DNA from: Octopus bimaculoides
Lineage: Eukaryota
DNA: 39,456 nt
Assembly: GCF_001194135.2 (NCBI RefSeq)
Contig: NC_068982.1
Span: 178,472,699 to 178,512,154 of the forward strand
Direction: 5' to 3'
Shown here: positions 22,144-35,566 of the stretch, piece by piece
How the letters are laid out: each line of letters starts with the position of its first letter
Position numbering within the stretch: position 1 is the stretch's first letter
The notes under the pieces: model-generated
Seen by the model: the letters and a program-made list of their open reading frames with translations, nothing else
What the model was told of the DNA's origin: nothing
Database searches by the model: none
Position numbers and translations under genes: made by a program

Positions 22144-22477
22144 TTTTATTGGTCAAAAGATTCGTGAAAAACATTAGGACAATACAAAGACTAGAATAGT
22201 GTAAACGTGTGAACAATTTATGTAAACGTGTGAACAATAACACAATAACAATTAACAAGAAATATTCAAACAAAATTCCCCAATAGAGGGGACTATCATT
22301 TGTTGGTGGCCAAGAAAATCTCACAGATCCTGGGTTACATCGAACGCAAAAGATACCATTATGTTATTTCCCGAGCTTAATGTAGGCCTACTCACGCAGG
22401 CTATTTTCGTCACATTCACACACCTACAAACAACATTCATGGAGAAGAATTTCCTTCTCAATCTACACCTTCCCTTT

Positions 22478-22641
22478 CAGGTTATATCGATCGAGTACTC
22501 AGCTAGTGTATATTTTATCGACCTTGAATAATGAGAGGCATAGTTAACTTCAGCGGAATTTGAACTCAGAACTTAATTAGTGGGGAAAATACTGTAAACA
22601 CTTTGTGCGACGTGCAAATAATTCTGCCAGTTCGCTGCCTT
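22478..22641 (-). mobile_element. SINE family C (5' part with tRNA-like head)
   Basis: Reverse complement AAGGCAGCGAACTGGCAGAATT..GTTCTGAGTTCAAATTCCGCTGAAG..GGTCGATAAAAT, with B-box-like GAGTTCAAATTCC. Confidence 0.8.
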
Positions 22642-22654
22642 AATAATAATAGTA

Positions 22655-22727
<73 letters not shown>

Positions 22728-22734
22728 TAATAAC

Positions 22735-22787
<53 letters not shown>

Positions 22788-22803
22788 TAATAATAATAAT
22801 AAT
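22642..22803. repeat. Long (AAT)n microsatellite (about 54 units, a few variants)
   Basis: Directly visible; on the minus strand it follows the 3' end of the next SINE as an (ATT)n tail. Confidence 0.97.
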
Positions 22804-22925
22804 TGTCCTTTCTACTAAAGGCGCAAAGCTTGAAATTTTGGGGGATGAGACTAGTCGATTACATCGATTCCGGTATTTCACAGGTACTTAATTTATCGAC
22901 CCCGAAAAGATGAAAGGCAAAATCG
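22804..22925 (-). mobile_element. SINE family C (3' part, 5' head missing)
   Basis: TAGTCGATTACATCGA..GGTACTTAATTTATCGACCCCGAAAAGATGAAAGGCAAA is homologous to 22480-22545 and 30715-30770. Confidence 0.8.
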
Positions 22926-22974
22926 TGGAATTCTTTTGGTGTTCAAAGGAAATTCCATGAAAATGCTAGATCGA

Positions 22975-24200
22975 ATTTACCGGACGAGAAGATATGAGAA
23001 ACTGGTAGAAATGATGGATTTGATTATCTGGGAGTCTTGGAAGCTGATCGTTTAAAGAAAAAAATAAAAGATAAATTCAGGAAAGAATATTTCTGAAGGT
23101 TAGTAGGAATACTGAAATCTGAACTCAATGTTATTATTGTCATCACTGTCATCAACCCAAGGGCCCTATCCATCAATAGGTATTAAACGGAAATGATGAA
23201 ATAGCAAAAAGAAGACCTTGAGAACGTAGATAGCAAAGTAAAGAGTTACTGATTACAGGATCATACATCCACAGGCAGATGTTGATGGATTGTATTTCGG
23301 CAGAATTGACGGAGGAAAAGGATTGATAAGTGTGAAAATCTGTGTGAAAGAAATAGAGAAGTTAAGGAAGCAATGGGCGCTTTTAATAGTTGTAAGAAGA
23401 GAGGATATGTTAACTGAAGAAAAAGTGAATGAAGTTCCCGGAGCTAGAAGCAGCGATGCGAACAGAAATGTTTATACGGAAAGATTTTTCAAATTAGTGG
23501 AGGGTCTCGAGAACAAAAGTTATTTTTCTGATTAAGGAAGGGAATGTTAAAGAAAGATATTGAAGGTTTGATTCCTGCTGCACAAAATTTAGCTAAGAGA
23601 GAAGAATACATCAAGAAGTCCATAATTAGGAAGAAATCAGCTTAATGTAGATTGTACAATGAAAGTGAAGAGACAACTCTACATATATAGTCCCTGAATG
23701 TAAAAATGCTTGCGCAGAGCGTCTTTAAGAACTGGAAACATGATAAAGTTGCTACAGACTTGTGGCAAATCTATAAAAATTATTCATTTCAGCATATGGA
23801 AAATGGTATGACCACAAATCAGAGCACATCCGTGACAATAACTATATATGAAACCTCAAACGGACTAACAAACAGAACATTCATGTCTAGATAGTGCGCT
23901 ACTCAATAAAGATGTGTTGCTTAATTGATGTTACTTGCCGGTTTGATATAAGAGTTGTAGGAAAAGAACGTGAAAAAATAGAAAAATTCCAGAAAGTGAA
24001 ATATGAGCTTCAAAGAATCTAGAATTACTTTTGGCATTATCGCATTTATAAAGGGAGCCATTGGAACTGGCAAGAAGTTTGAATTGTTGGTTGAAGATGC
24101 TGTAAATCGAGATGAATTTCCTGTATGAACAATGTCTATTTGCTTGGCATAAAAAAGAATATAAGGTGAAACACAACAAATTTGTACAACGCAATTGGAT
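22975..24200 (+). mobile_element. R4/Dong-clade retrotransposon 3' half (RT thumb, CCHC knuckle, PD-(D/E)xK RLE), decayed
   Basis: GFDYLGVLEAD..KIKDKFRKEYF*RL..ILKSELN; HPQADVDGLYFGRIDGGKGLISV; LRKGMLKKDIEGLIPAAQN..CRLYNESEETTLHI..KMLAQ..KHDKVA; LIDVTCRFDIRVVGKEREKIEKFQKVKYELQRI*; GAIGT. Confidence 0.87.
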
Positions 24201-24279
24201 ATCCAACAATCTCATACAAGCAGAACAACGACGAGATGCGGAGTGAAAGAACAACAACAACAGCAACAACAATAATAAA

Positions 24280-25805
24280 TGAAAACATGGAAATAACCAT
24301 CAAAACGAGCCCTATCTTATTTATAAGAAGACGAGTTTTCCAAGGTGATTCGCTACGCATAAGACTTTTCGGCCTTGCTAAATGAAACCACCATATGATA
24401 CAGATGTTATGCACAAAATATAAATCATCTCATGTATATGAACGACTTTGCAAAAAGTAAAGTAAAAAAGAAAAATGATATATAAGAAAACCTAAAATTA
24501 TCCACTGTTTCTGCAAAAGCATAAATATAAGTATGGGATTAAACAAATTCACCAAAGCGAAATTAAGAAGAGGCAAGTTAACCAGAACTGAAAATATGAC
24601 AATAGGCATAGACACTATTAAAATATATGGTAATGAGAAAGAAAATTAGGAGAAAATTCTAAAGAAGAGGTAGACTAACATTAAACACTAAGCTCAATAC
24701 TAGAAATAAGATTGTCAGTATAAATGAACTAGTCATTCCAGTTATAAACTGCAACTTCAATATAATAAACCAGAGCTAGGTGAATTGGAAAAGTAGATAG
24801 AAAGCTCAGGAAACTACAGGCAACATACCGAAGACACCGTTCGAAAGAAGGCATAGACAGAATATACATACCCCGCATACAAGGAGGGCATAGTCTGACA
24901 CTGATAGAAAACTTCTACAAAATAAAAACAGTTAGACTGCATATGTACTTGCAAAAAACAAAAAAAAAAACAAAAAACAAAAACAAAAAAAAACAGAAAT
25001 GGAAAAATCATAAAAGTAATAAAAAAACTGAAAATAAAAGAAACCTCTATGCACAATGAATTAGAAACAAACAATATAGGAACAATAAATTTAGATAAAA
25101 CACACCAGAAATCGTTAAAAAGACCAAAAATATACATGAAATAAAATTACAAAAGGTACTCAAGAAGAAAAGGAGATAAAAACCGCTCCGTAGTTAATAT
25201 TCTGCAAGGATCAATGGAGAAGAAATAAACCGAAGTGAACGTCAACTCTCGAAAGCTCTGGTCTAAAAGCAGAAACAAAGGGACTGATTCTTGCTGCTCA
25301 AGATCAATGTCTGGTCACAAATAATTATAAAAATAAAATCATTGAAACGAATCCCATTACCAAATGGAGGATATACAACCAGCACAATGAATCAGTTGAC
25401 TGTATCACCTCCGGTTGCCCAGTTCTTGCCAAATCTAAATATATACATAAGTGTGATCAAATTGGCAGCTAGATCCACTGGGCAATAAACCAACATTTTA
25501 ATATACGAGCGAATAAGATGTTGTGTAAGCATGTACCGAAACCGTTTATAACAACGACCTAGCCAAAATGATTTAGAATACGCCCGTCCTAACTAACAAA
25601 GAGATCAAGGCAAGTCATTCAGACATAGTGATAAAGGACTGGAAAAAACCAGCACATGCCACTAATAGACGTCACATTCCCCTTGGATCAAAATATTGCC
25701 CGGAAAAGTAAAAAGAAAAATGAAATCAAATTACAAGGTCCTTGAAATTGAAATATTCAAGATGTGAGTCATGAAAGTTAAAACAATACCACGAGTAATA
25801 AATAA
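24280..25805 (+). mobile_element. Second, distinct R4/Dong-clade retrotransposon 3' half (RT YxDD to RLE), decayed
   Basis: TSPILFIRRRVFQGDSL; NINHLMYMNDF (YMDD); SMGLNKFTKAKLRRGKL; KLNTRNKIVSINELVIPV; IDRIYIPRIQGGHSL; SSGLKAETKGLILAAQDQCLVTNNYKNKII..CITSGCPVLA; SDIVIKD..IDVTFPLD..YKVLEIEIFKM*. Confidence 0.88.
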
Positions 25806-27044
25806 TGTAGAGTATTTAGCTTTTCTGAAATCCCTGTATTTCTGGTAGCTTAAATATATTTTTGAATTTCCCTTTTATATATAACTGTCGTTTGCTGAGT
25901 CTATTAGTGGCTTGCTGAAAATGCAAACATTTAGTTGTATTTGTATTATATTTATGTTAAAATTAAATTTATTCATGTTGAAATTCCATGAAATTGATTC
26001 ATTTATTTTCTCCGTTAATTAGAATAATTCTCTTCTTTCTATCTTCTTTTTGATTTCCATTAATCCTTTTAAATTTAGTTTCGGAAAATATTCAGTGTTT
26101 TGCACGTACATTGATGGAAGTATTTATTTAAAGCTACATCTGCAAGCCACTTATGAAAATATGAACTACAAAATACAGCAAATAATGGATTCGAAATATT
26201 CACTTCAACGCACGCATTTAAGAAATATAAGAAACTAAGGAACTGATGCGCTTAAAAGCATTTGCATCTTGCATAGATTCGCAGATACCGCTATGGATCC
26301 GAATTTTTTTCTCACTATATAATTTTCTATTGGGTTCATTCTCTATTCATTATGTATAAAAGCAGTAAATATGATGTGCAATCAATAAACATGGTATTAA
26401 TTGCATTGACTTTGCGAATTTCTTTATTCTAATATCCAGTGTCAATAAGAACATATATTTGGATATAACATAAGGATTCGGCAAACGAAAATATACACTG
26501 TGAGAGTGTAAGGAAAGGGTATAAAAAGAGAAACGAAAATAAATAAAGATATAGTGGGAAAATAGGAGAAGACGGAAAAAGAGAAGATTGGAAGTGTGGA
26601 AAATTTGACGTTTTATACAGGAATATTAGCAAATATATAAAACTGTTGATATATTTGAAAAGCAATTATCAACAAAACATGCCAAATCTCAGAAATTACC
26701 TAGGCTGAGACTACTCAATGTGTAACAACTATTGTAATTCAAGTAATAAATGCAAGTAAGTATATATATATGATTTGAAAAAAGTTGTATATCCTATATA
26801 AAAGGATGCTAATGCAAATATAGTTATTCATGTAACCAAATCTCTGAAAAATATTTTGGATCAGTGTGATGTAACAATAAAATATTCAAATTTCTATAAT
26901 TAAATATACCTTAATAAAGATGTTGTTCTTTTAGTGTTTGCCTATATTCAGAGGCCACGGCTCACACTCCATAGTGGAATTGAACCCCACTCATCCTTCC
27001 TTAAACTCTCCATTCACTTCTTTAATTCATTTCTTTGTCTTATA

Positions 27045-27455
27045 TCTGTGTGCATGCATGCTTGTATATGCGCATGCATGTGTGTATGTAGATGTGTGTT
27101 TGCTTAGAAGAGGGAGTAAGGATGAGAGTAAATGGAGGGTTTGTGTGTGTGTGTGTGTGTATCTACGCGTGAACGTGCGTGTGTGGTTGCGGGTGTACAC
27201 CCGTGTATGTGTGTTTGTGTGGGTACCTCTTTAAGACAGCGGCCTTTTGTTCTAGGCTAGTCTGAATATTAATGGGTTTAGGATTAGTTCTTTATGTAGG
27301 GACGGGGAGGAGGAGAACAGGGTAGGTATGTGTATGTGTATGAACATCTGTATGTACACGTGTGTGTGTAAGCATGTGCGTGTACGTGTCATAGCGCATG
27401 TGTGCAAGCGAGCGTGTCTAGTCTTGCGTGCGTATTTGTATGGTTTAGTCGGTTC

Positions 27456-27505
<50 letters not shown>

Positions 27506-27845
27506 TGGTGGCAAGCCTCTGTGTATATGCTTCAGTGTGTGCGTTCTTGTATGTGTGTGAGTGTGATTCCTGCGTACGTCTGTGTGCACGCTTGTGTGCA
27601 TGCGCGTGGATGTGTTTTGGAATTGTATGTACGGTTGATGTAACTCTACCCTCTATATACCTGCCTTTGCTACCACATCATGTGTTGGTATAGGCAGGTA
27701 TACCTTGCAAACCAAATGCAAAATCGAGGTAATACATATACTCATATATATTTACATTCATATACACACACACACACACACACGCACGCACGCACGCACA
27801 CACACACACACACATATATGTATACATATATGTGTGTAAGCATGT
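27045..27845. repeat. Degenerate TG/CA-rich low-complexity region containing pure (TG)n and (CA)n tracts
   Basis: Directly visible; source of the C/V and H/T-rich ORFs. Confidence 0.9.
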
Positions 27846-29454
27846 ATTTATACATTTTCATGCCGTTTTGATTTTAGGTTGTTCACAATCCCTCTACCCC
27901 AATTCTATTTCACCTTTCTCTAAGTATATTTGCCGATATATCTGCCTAGATAAAGCAACAAAAGATAACGTAATTCTTTGCTAATCAATAACCATTATGA
28001 TAATGTATGACAGGGAACGGAGTTGTTAAAATCACAGGCACACACGCACATACGCGCACTCAGTGGTGCTCAACATACAGTGCGGTAAGAAATGCAATGA
28101 AGAAAAGACCGAAAGTCAAGTACAAAGGTTGTGAATGTGAAAGTAGGAAATTTTGACTGAAGAACGATATTGTATTCGTTGCTTAATAGGTTATATAATA
28201 CAGGAAGCAAGGCATATGCGTAGGGAAAAAGATAAGCAGCATATAAACTTATATCTCCAAAAATATCAGAATAAGAGAAAAAATCTCTGAAAATAGAATT
28301 ATTGAGATGCCTTGATAGATTTAATACAAGTTAGTTGCAAGTAGTTATGAAGAAAAGTTAAATATATAAAAAAGATAAATTTGTTGATACGAACTATACT
28401 TTTTAAATTTCCAATATATGATTACATAGGAGAAAGAAAATGTTAAGTGGTTTACATATCTAAATAACTACATGAATAATCCTGAATATTTACATTCTAT
28501 TTCTTCTTTCTCGCTGTATTTTTTGAATCTTTATATGATTTAATCATCATTATTCCAAGATTGTCGTCATGCTAACCTAGGTTAGTATAATATTCCAGAA
28601 ATAAGAGTAGAGTCATAGTTAAGGATCAGCTGTTCGTAAATTACTTTAGAAAATCTTGTGGACTGGAAGTCTTTGGAAACTTATGTTGAAAATTTGAATG
28701 AAAAGAATAATATCTACATATACATTTCCGCCCCCCCCCCCCAAATAATAAAAAAGAAGTTATGAGTACATAAAAGACACACACGCAGAGGGGTAAAAAT
28801 AAAGACTGTTGTGAAACTTTGAATCTTGGGTGGAATTAAAAAACAAAAACAGTAAGGTTGAAATTAAGTTGTGAAAACATAAAATAAGAAATAAAGATAA
28901 TGCAACAGACAAACGAGGCAGAAATGTTTATAAAAGAGTTAAGTGTTTCGGCTAAACTAAGTTTTAGAAGAAAAGAGAAAAGGAGGGGTTTACTTCTCTA
29001 ATGGTTATTCTATGGCACTATAGAGATAACGTCATGTAATAAAGCTATTTGTTCTGAAATAAATCATATAAAAGGAAAATGTTCAAGATACCTATGAAAA
29101 AGTGAGGCTGAATGAGAATTTACAAAGGGAAAGAAACTATTAAAAAAATATTGAGTTTATTGAGAAGGTGAAGAGGGAATTAAACGGGGAAATATGATAG
29201 TAAATCAAAAGAAACATCAAAAGTAATTGGTTACGAAGAGAAGACTATAAGAACAGAAACAGAAATAATTAAGAAAGAAAAATGAATGTAAATGTAAGAG
29301 TAGATTAAAGAAAAAAGCTAATAGCTAGAGTTGTAGAAAATCGGTCTAATCAGCTATCATAAATCAAATATATAAATTTTATTTCTGCTTCAGGAAATAG
29401 AAGGAACTGAAAGGAAACAAAATGATGAAGCAATAGTAACAACGACAACCTTGC

Positions 29455-29690
29455 CACATACATACATACATACATACATACATACAGACACATATATATG
29501 TATGTACATATATATATATANNNNNNNNNNACACATATATATATATACATATATGTACATATACATGCATATATACACGCACATTCATATATACGTATAA
29601 ATGTGTGTGTATATATATACATATACATATACATACACACACACACACATATATATATGTATATATATATATACACGCACAAATACGAAA
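29455..29690. repeat. (CATA)n, (TA)n and (CA)n compound low-complexity tract with a gap
   Basis: Directly visible. Confidence 0.93.
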
Positions 29691-30011
29691 TTATCATGGA
29701 CACTAGATTTTGTATTCTTACTCAACTACATTTACGTACACTTATCAATTGCTGGATACATAAATATATCTTGTGATTAGTTCAGCCAGATCACTACATC
29801 GAGGTAAAAAAACGTATTCACCTACTAATACACAGGAACATATACGGACACATATATACGGATACTTATTTATACATATATAATGCATATATATANNNNN
29901 NNNNNNNNNNNNNNNNNNNNNNNNNNNNNNNNNNNNNNNNNNNNNNNNNNNNNNNNNNNNNNNNNNNNNNNNNNNNNNNNNNNNNNNNNNNNNNNNNNNN
30001 NNNNNNNNNNN

Positions 30012-30047
<36 letters not shown>

Positions 30048-30689
30048 GATAGAGAGATACATATGCGCAAGCACATATATGTTGCTTTTAAATTATTGTA
30101 GGTATTACTTGTCAATTGGTAAACGGAATATACTTGCCTACTATGTTTTTATGTAGAGTGTTACAATTCAACTTACTTTCGACATGACCTATTACGTGTG
30201 TGTATATATCTAAATGTTATGTACTAACAATTGTGTATATTTACGTACGTATATGTGCATCCATATGTCCATATATGTGGGCATAAATTATTAAGCAAAT
30301 GTGGTACTGATTATATAGTAATACATAGATAATAGGTAATTGCTGTTAGCAAACAAGTGGGAAGCAAGCTTAAGCAGAAAGATTAACATAAACTGAACTT
30401 TGTGGGATCCATGTAATGGAAATTGAACACGTCATCAGATATTAATATAACAGAACTCACAAATTAGTTTCATGTTACCCATTCATAAACTTATGTATAA
30501 AATAAGTGATATAATAGAATACCAATATCACAAAGTATTGATGTAATAATTGTATTTGTACAGTCCTCTTTGATATATCAGATAATTTACTCTACCTCAT
30601 GTCTCAAAATATTTGAAACAAAATGTATATACAAAAAAGTCTTTCTACTATAGACAAAAAGTCTAAAAGTTTTGGTGAGTTGGGTAGTC

Positions 30690-30855
30690 CATTATATCAG
30701 CCCCATAGCTCGATTGGTACTTATGTTATCGACTCTGAAAGAATGAGAAGCAAAGTCAGCCTCGGCGGAATTTGAACTCAGAACGTAAAAAACTACAAGA
30801 AATTTTGAAATCATTTTGGTCGGCGTGCAAAGGATTCTAATAGGTCGACGCTCTA
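30690..30855 (-). mobile_element. SINE family C, diverged copy
   Basis: GGTACTTATGTTATCGACTCTGAAAGAATGAGAAGCAAAGTCAGCCTCGGCGGAATTTGAACTCAGAACG aligns with 22500-22575 and 22880-22925. Confidence 0.8.
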
Positions 30856-31429
30856 ATATATTTTGAAGTAATGACAAGAAGCAGCGTTGAGTCATGTTTT
30901 ATATACATCAGATTGAATACAGAAATAATCTTACGTAGTTATATTGTTTTGATCTTTACGCGTAGGGCTTAATTATTATATAATTTTTACCTCATTATAA
31001 TTTAGCAGTTGAGTACGTTACTCAACTTATTCTGATTATTACCTGGAAGTAAATAAAATTAAAGTGAGATAATTCAATTTATTTTATATGATAAAATCTT
31101 GAATACTCTTTTAGGCTTATTATCTAGACTCTGACAAATGTCCGAGTATTTTTTTCATAGATGGAAAATCCTCGAAAGTTAAGATACTGTACTATAACCA
31201 GTGAATATAATTCTCGTCAAATAGAAACCCAAAATGCTTACTAGAGTGTAAAAAATAGAAATATTCATTGAACGATTTAGTTAGAATATAAAAATGTCAT
31301 ATCACAATGCATTCTACTCGATAGAATGTATTTCTGATTACAACAGAATAACACCTTACACTTTCAGGCCGTTACACACGCGCGCGCGCACGCGCGTATA
31401 TATATAAGTGTGTGTGTACATATATATAC

Positions 31430-31460
<31 letters not shown>

Positions 31461-32952
31461 NNNNNNNNNNNNNNNNNNNNNNNNNNNNNNNNNNNNNNNN
31501 NNNNNNNNNNNNNNNNNNNNNNNNNNNNNNNNNNNNNNNNNNNNNNNNNNNNNNNNNNNNNNNNNNNNNNNNNNNNNNNNNNNNNNNNNNNNNNNNNNNN
31601 NNNNNNNNNNNNNNNNNNNNNNNNNNNNNNNNNNNNNNNNNNNNNNNNNNNNNNNNNNNNNNNNNNNNNNNNNNNNNNNNNNNNNNNNNNNNNNNNNNNN
31701 NNNNNNNNNNNNNNNNNNNNNNNNNNNNNNNNNNNNNNNNNNNNNNNNNNNNNNNNNNNNNNNNNNNNNNNNNNNNNNNNNNNNNNNNNNNNNNNNNNNN
31801 NNNNNNNNNNNNNNNNNNNNNNNNNNNNNNNNNNNNNNNNNNNNNNNNNNNNNNNNNNNNNNNNNNNNNNNNNNNNNNNNNNNNNNNNNNNNNNNNNNNN
31901 NNNNNNNNNNNNNNNNNNNNNNNNNNNNNNNNNNNNNNNNNNNNNNNNNNNNNNNNNNNNNNNNNNNNNNNNNNNNNNNNNNNNNNNNNNNNNNNNNNNN
32001 NNNNNNNNNNNNNNNNNNNNNNGTGTGTGTGTGTGTGTGTGTGTGTATCTACACCTTAAGAAGGCATGATGGTGTGGAATTGTCCGCGATAAATGCCTTT
32101 AAAGACTTATTAAAAACACTACATCTGAAGGAGACGAATATCGTCGTTGCAGTGACTAACAAGAACCTCAGACGCGTTTTGCTTTTCTTAGGGTTTCTCA
32201 ATACCTTGCGATTCATTATCATCTGCATAAACGAAATTCAAGTCTCCATATATAGGAAACTGTAACTAAAACAGTAGCATTGCGGATATTTGTCGTGCTG
32301 AATAAAAGAACTCGTTGCACGGAACTGATACAGCAGAAATAGATAGATAGATAGATAGATAATAGACAGACAGACATATATATATATAGATATATATATA
32401 GAGAGAGAGTAGGGAGTGCGTTCTCCTGGCTTTGATAAATGCCATAAGAGACGAATGATGATATGCAAAGTATTTGCCATCAATGTAGAAAGTAAGTGTT
32501 TGAAAGTGAGATGATATCATAATGATATCTTACCGTAGCTTTTGTAGCACCATTCTGTAATTATAAGTTGTTTTACAAACCCTAATAAGTTCAACAAACT
32601 TTTCATTTCTATTATCAATCGATGAGAGGAACAGTCCCCAAAGGTCATGCCGTTTTCCCCCCCATTTTCATAGTTGCGTGCATAATTTGAATATGGATAG
32701 TAAAATAAACATTATATTAAATTCTCTAGAAGCTGCAAAATATTTTCCTTATCCACTAGTCAACCATTTCATATTGAAACGGAATAGATATTGATTTCAT
32801 CAATCTGTATATGTCGACGAAATATTGATTTATTGATAGATATATATTATTGAGCAAAAATGAACAAAAAAGTTTATCATAACATCATATGTGCGTATGT
32901 CGTTTTATAATTTCCATTCTTCCCCTTTATCGCCGCCCCTATGTACACATAG

Positions 32953-33016
32953 ACACACACACACACACGCGCGCGCGCGCACACACACGCGCGCGCGCGC
33001 ACACACACACACATAC
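32953..33016. repeat. Alternating purine-pyrimidine (CA)n/(CG)n tract with a duplicated 20-mer
   Basis: ACACACACGCGCGCGCGCGC occurs twice in tandem at 32961-33000. Confidence 0.95.
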
Positions 33017-35399
33017 AGTCACTCACATATACATATCATCAGGGGTTAAACATGAGGACAGAATACACATGAAACTTCGACTAGCGACAGATAAGTTTAC
33101 TTTGTCTATATTTTTTTGTGTTTTGTTGGTATGCTTTTAAAAAGCGCTTACGTAGTTTTTCAAGAAATCAATTATCATATATATATATATATAATTTTTC
33201 CATCCAATATATTTTCGCTACTTTTTACAGTGTATGTACAGGCGACTCGTATTTACACCCATTCCTTGCAATTGTACATTTGTGAAAATATTGCTTGGCT
33301 TGTTTTAAAAATCCAAAAATTACAGCCGCATTTCTGTCTCGCATCAATATATCCTCCTTTTTAATTCATCTTTTCTTATATTTTTTTCATTTTAGCCATT
33401 TTCGCTTTTTATATTTCTTTTCTGTAACTCTCACTTTCTGTCGCTACTTCGGGCTTATATTTCAGGTCACTTATAAATATTTTCCGTGTTTTGAACTTAT
33501 ATAATATGTATGTCCGTATGTATGGGTATATGTATGTATATGTGTTTATATGTGTGCATATAAAATACCCCTACACGCACGTATACACACTGATAAACTA
33601 CACACATACGTATATACCGACAGAAGACCAGCTGAAATATACATATGCATGTGTGTGCGTGTATGTGTGTGAGAGAGAGAGTGTGCGTGTATGCGCGCGC
33701 GCGCGTGTATAAAAGAGGATTTAATACATTTGTTTTACTATTCATATTGAAATTATACTGCAGCATAAGAAAATGGTAAATTTGACATCGGACCACCTGT
33801 TTTCCTCTTCTCAAGCGTAACGATTTTGTATGAGTTCTTTCGTGGTAAAATCCTCTAGATTTGCAGCTAGCCTTGCAGTTCACTTTACACTGAAACACAT
33901 TCTAAACAACGACATCAAAATAGAGCCGCTGGCCCCGAGTTAAAAGAATGAAAAAAATAGTTTTATTGACAGACAAAAGGACAAGTGATCAAACCATAAA
34001 CGGATTCCTTTGTCTTTAAAAATGACGTGTTTTTAGTTGAACTGAATAAAGAAACAACCAAAAAGTGAAAAGATTAAAAACAGAAAGAAAAGAAAACAGA
34101 AAAACGAGAAAGACAAGAAAGGAAACAAAAAGCGATGACCAACGGATTTTGAAAAGATGAGGAATAATATCACTGTCCACGATGGAGAAATATGAAGACA
34201 TTTTTTTGACACTTAACAATAGACAGTATTAACAAGACATACTGTGCAATTGTAATGTGTATGTTGAAATTTTTTTAACAGATGACATCTCATGAAAGCC
34301 ATTTATTAAATGAAGAAAAGATATTTTAATAAATACATTATTTTTAAGACTAACATTTACAAAAAGATCATTATATTAGACTTAAATGTATCAGTGTAGA
34401 GAATTAAATACATGCATTGAACGTTGGTTACCAATTAGAATTGCTTTTCACTCTGAAAAAGCATATGTAAAGCATTGTATTCTTTTTTTCATACTTTTGG
34501 ACAAATGTTAGCAAAGGCCTCTTCTACCCATCCGATTTTACTGCATAATTTTGCTTCATGTAAAATTAATTGGAGGAATGTGATGTATAAAAGCCACTGA
34601 GCATTAATTAAGATCTTTAATTAAACGAATGAAGAAATTGCAACATATATAGAAAGAAAGAAAAGAAATTAAATTTACAATTTCACATCATGATGAAAAT
34701 AATTCAGGTTTATTTTACCTGCTGATTTTTCTAGTCTGTCAAACTGTCATTTGATTAGACCGCATATTTATTCAGTTTTCAGAAGGTTGTATAAAAATTT
34801 GTAAATTGAACTTAAATTAGTTTTAAATCTCTCATATTTTCTGGAGCTATACAGCAGATCTGACAAGTGAAAGCCAAAGAAATTTAAATAAGTTAACTAA
34901 AGTTGTTATTAGTGAAATGTTTGCATTCCACTCAATCATCTCACTCTGTACCTCTCTATCTACCTCTCTATCTATCTCTCTGTCTGTCTCTAGCGTCTGT
35001 CTATTTCTGTCGTTTAACACACATGCACACATCAGTGGGCTAATACTGGTTGTAACAAATAAATCGATGGTTACTTGGTCTCGGAGACAAATATATTTTG
35101 ATTTATATGGTGTCTTTAGTATTGTGTATAGCCCATGACAAATATACTTAACTTTCACTTGTCTCGTCCGCCTACATTATCCTATTAAGTACTGGGTCAG
35201 AGAAAAAATGGAATAAAATATATACGCAATAATAAGCATTCACTACGCTTTTGCTAGTTTCAGTCACTGAAGCTCTGCCATGGTGTGAGTTAGCAAAGAC
35301 GATTTTATCAACCTCAGTACTTTCTTTTATCAATATTTGTCGAGCAGATATACTCGGAGATATAAGCAATATCACCAACTTTAAGTCTTGTAATCATAG

Positions 35400-35401
<2 letters not shown>

Positions 35402-35470
<69 letters not shown>

Positions 35471-35520
35471 CACACACACACACATACACGCATATTCACA
35501 TACATGCATACATACACATA
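35402..35520. repeat. (CA)n microsatellite
   Basis: Directly visible. Confidence 0.97.
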
Positions 35521-35566
35521 AAAGTTGATCTAGATATAATTACTATTATAAGTTTCATTTCGTATT

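Noticed and set aside
22200-22238. 18-bp direct repeat TGTAAACGTGTGAACAAT, two copies
   Set aside because: A simple local slippage duplication with only two copies and no spacers; not CRISPR-like.
7279-22641. tRNA-like A/B boxes at SINE heads called as tRNA genes
   Set aside because: They continue into SINE bodies and I could not fold a complete cloverleaf.
12415-25805. Frequent Trp-to-stop (TGG to TAG or TGA) changes as a possible APOBEC-like or RIP signature
   Set aside because: Trp codons become stops through any G-to-A transition, so this is expected in neutral decay. I have no consensus to test for context bias.
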